In this document: positions 63,902-64,000 of the stretch, piece by piece
Numbering within the stretch: the stretch's first letter is position 1
Layout: the number at the start of each line of letters is the position of its first letter
Origin: Ptychomitrium polyphyllum
Taxonomy: Eukaryota
Direction of reading: 5' to 3'
NCBI GenBank assembly: GCA_973851085.1
Contig: OZ316775.1
Location: 14,508,001-14,572,000, forward strand
Length of the DNA stretch: 64,000 nt
Program-made: the position numbers and the translations under genes
Notes under the pieces: generated by a model
Seen by the model: the letters and a program-made list of their open reading frames with translations, nothing else
The model's database searches: none
What the model was told of the DNA's origin: nothing

Positions 63902-64000
63902 CTACACATGGACCAGTCCCTGCAGGGGCATAGTTAGACCGTTCCCCCCGTGTTGCGCAACCCACACACACGCACCCAAACCTTGCCCACATACTACAGA

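Overview
Eukaryotic plant genomic DNA. Spliced genes with GT-AG introns sit in moderately GC-rich islands separated by very AT-rich, transposon-derived spacers. This organisation looks moss-like (Physcomitrium-type), which is my inference. The left end holds a truncated Copia 5' fragment and a complete but decayed 5.2-kb Ty1/Copia LTR retrotransposon (2722-7899, minus) with both LTRs, a PPT and an AATAT target-site duplication. Six intact genes were reconstructed by hand, all with frame-consistent exon sums: a TVP38/TMEM64 (DedA/SNARE-associated) membrane protein (-), a small 106-aa four-exon protein not captured intact by the ORF track that resembles an HMA domain lacking the metal-binding CxxC (-), an OSCA/CSC1 channel (+), a sphingoid-base-phosphate phosphatase LPP-delta/SPP1 (-), an intronless SRC2-like C2-domain protein (+) and a CIPK kinase (+). 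There is also a decayed F-box/LRR (FBL3-like) pseudogene and a GH20 beta-hexosaminidase that enters from the right edge and seems to lose homology before its catalytic motif. The best candidates for something undescribed are the CxxC-less HMA-like protein and a 134-nt imperfect hairpin (19246-19379) inside an ORF-less, gene-like island. uORFs in front of OSCA and CIPK come next. I found no convincing evidence of a new multi-gene system. All family assignments come from motif recognition, not database searches.
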